Below are positions 63,246 through 64,000 of a stretch of 64,000 bases of DNA, piece by piece. The stretch comes from an uncultured Chloroflexia bacterium (GTDB lineage Bacteria; Chloroflexota; Limnocylindria; Limnocylindrales; CSP1-4), in the NCBI GenBank assembly GCA_963712745.1, contig CAVQJC010000004.1, positions 233,791 through 297,790 on the forward strand. The letters run 5' to 3'. The notes beneath the pieces are model-generated. The model was not told the DNA's origin and did not search any database. It worked only from the letters and a program-made list of their open reading frames with translations. A program made the position numbers and the translations under genes. The number at the start of each line of letters is the position of its first letter. The first letter of the stretch is position 1.

Positions 63246-63875
63246 TAGCCCTGAAGGTCAACCCCTGGTCACGCCGCGGGTCGAGCGTCACCCGCTGCAG
63301 GGCACCGTGGCGGGCCGGGTCTAGAGGGACGCGGTCCTGCCAGCAACGCCAGATGACGTAGACCCTGATGCCCGGGGGCGAGCACGCGCACGGCATGGGG
63401 GTGGCTCTTGCCGCGCGCACGTGCCCAGGCGGTACACCTCCTCGGCCCAGGGGTTCGCACGACGGCTGTCCTGCGCGAAGTCGACGAGCGCCTCGCGCAG
63501 CTTCTTGTCGCACGTCCAGCGGAACGACACCACCCGGTGCTGGCCCGAGGCACGGGTGGACGGGGTCACGCCGGCCAGGCAGGCGAGCGATGCGGGCGTG
63601 GGGAACCGCTCGCGACGGTCGCCGATCTCGGCGAGCAGCGCCGCGGCGCGCACCCGACCGGCCCGCGGCAGGCCGGTGAAGATGGCGCGGTCGGGGTCGC
63701 GCCCAGCTGCTCGGCGATGCGCGTCTCGAGCGCCTGGCCTGCTCGTCGATGGCGCGGCCACGGCGGCGAGCGAGGGCGAGGGTCACGGCCGCGAGCGCGT
63801 CGGCGTTCGGCCCGCTCACCCCGGGCGGGGCGGCTGCGAGCCGGGCGTGGAGCTCGGCGCCGCTGGAGCCGACAG
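63246..63875 (-). mobile_element. IS110-family transposase, C-terminal fragment (frameshifted)
   Basis: FTGLPRAGRVRAAALLAEIGD..RFPTPASLACLAGVTPSTRASG...CDKKLR, HPHAVRVLA and IWRCWQD; the N-terminal DEDD domain is not seen. Confidence 0.85.
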
Positions 63876-64000
63876 GTCGTGAGTCAGATCCATCACTTCG
63901 TTGGTCCCGTCGCCCGGTCGATAGTGCGGTCTTCGACGCCGTCATCACCGCGAGCCGATCGCAGAGATGGGGGTTCACGATGTCCTCCGCAGTCAAGTTC

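Overview
High-GC (about 70%) bacterial chromosome segment. The gene content and protein styles suggest Chloroflexota (inference). Positions 1-33 kb and 40-54 kb are mostly core genes: typA, iscS, mnmA, alaS, an orphan ftsA-like gene with a baseplate-J-like partner, ruvX, mltG, efp, xseAB, dxs, tlyA, nadK, xerD, scpAB, rluB, cmk, plsC, ispH, der, gpsA, osmC, htrA, moeA/moaC/mog, nrdR, dcd and ccdA/tlpA. Two accessory tracts begin directly after tRNA-Pro(GGG) at 34.0 kb and tRNA-Arg(CCT) at 53.8 kb. Main highlights: (1) dCTP deaminase is interrupted at its active-site GK/SS motif by a 346-aa Ala1 class-3 intein carrying a LAGLIDADG endonuclease and resembling mycobacterial DnaB P-loop inteins. 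(2) There are three ECF sigma/anti-sigma pairs. Each anti-sigma gene has an internal SD-like AGG, 9 nt, then an in-frame ATG just before the membrane helix, which suggests a second, exported sensor-only product. (3) At 60-63.3 kb, genes for exported proteins are separated by a conserved multi-block intergenic repeat, two of them share a near-identical leader on unrelated cargo domains, and an IS110 fragment abuts the repeat at a sharp junction. (4) One uncharacterised domain occurs both as an anti-sigma sensor and as free secreted cargo. Many single-base frameshifts, including in the essential alaS, indicate long-read indel errors, so pseudogene calls are unsafe.
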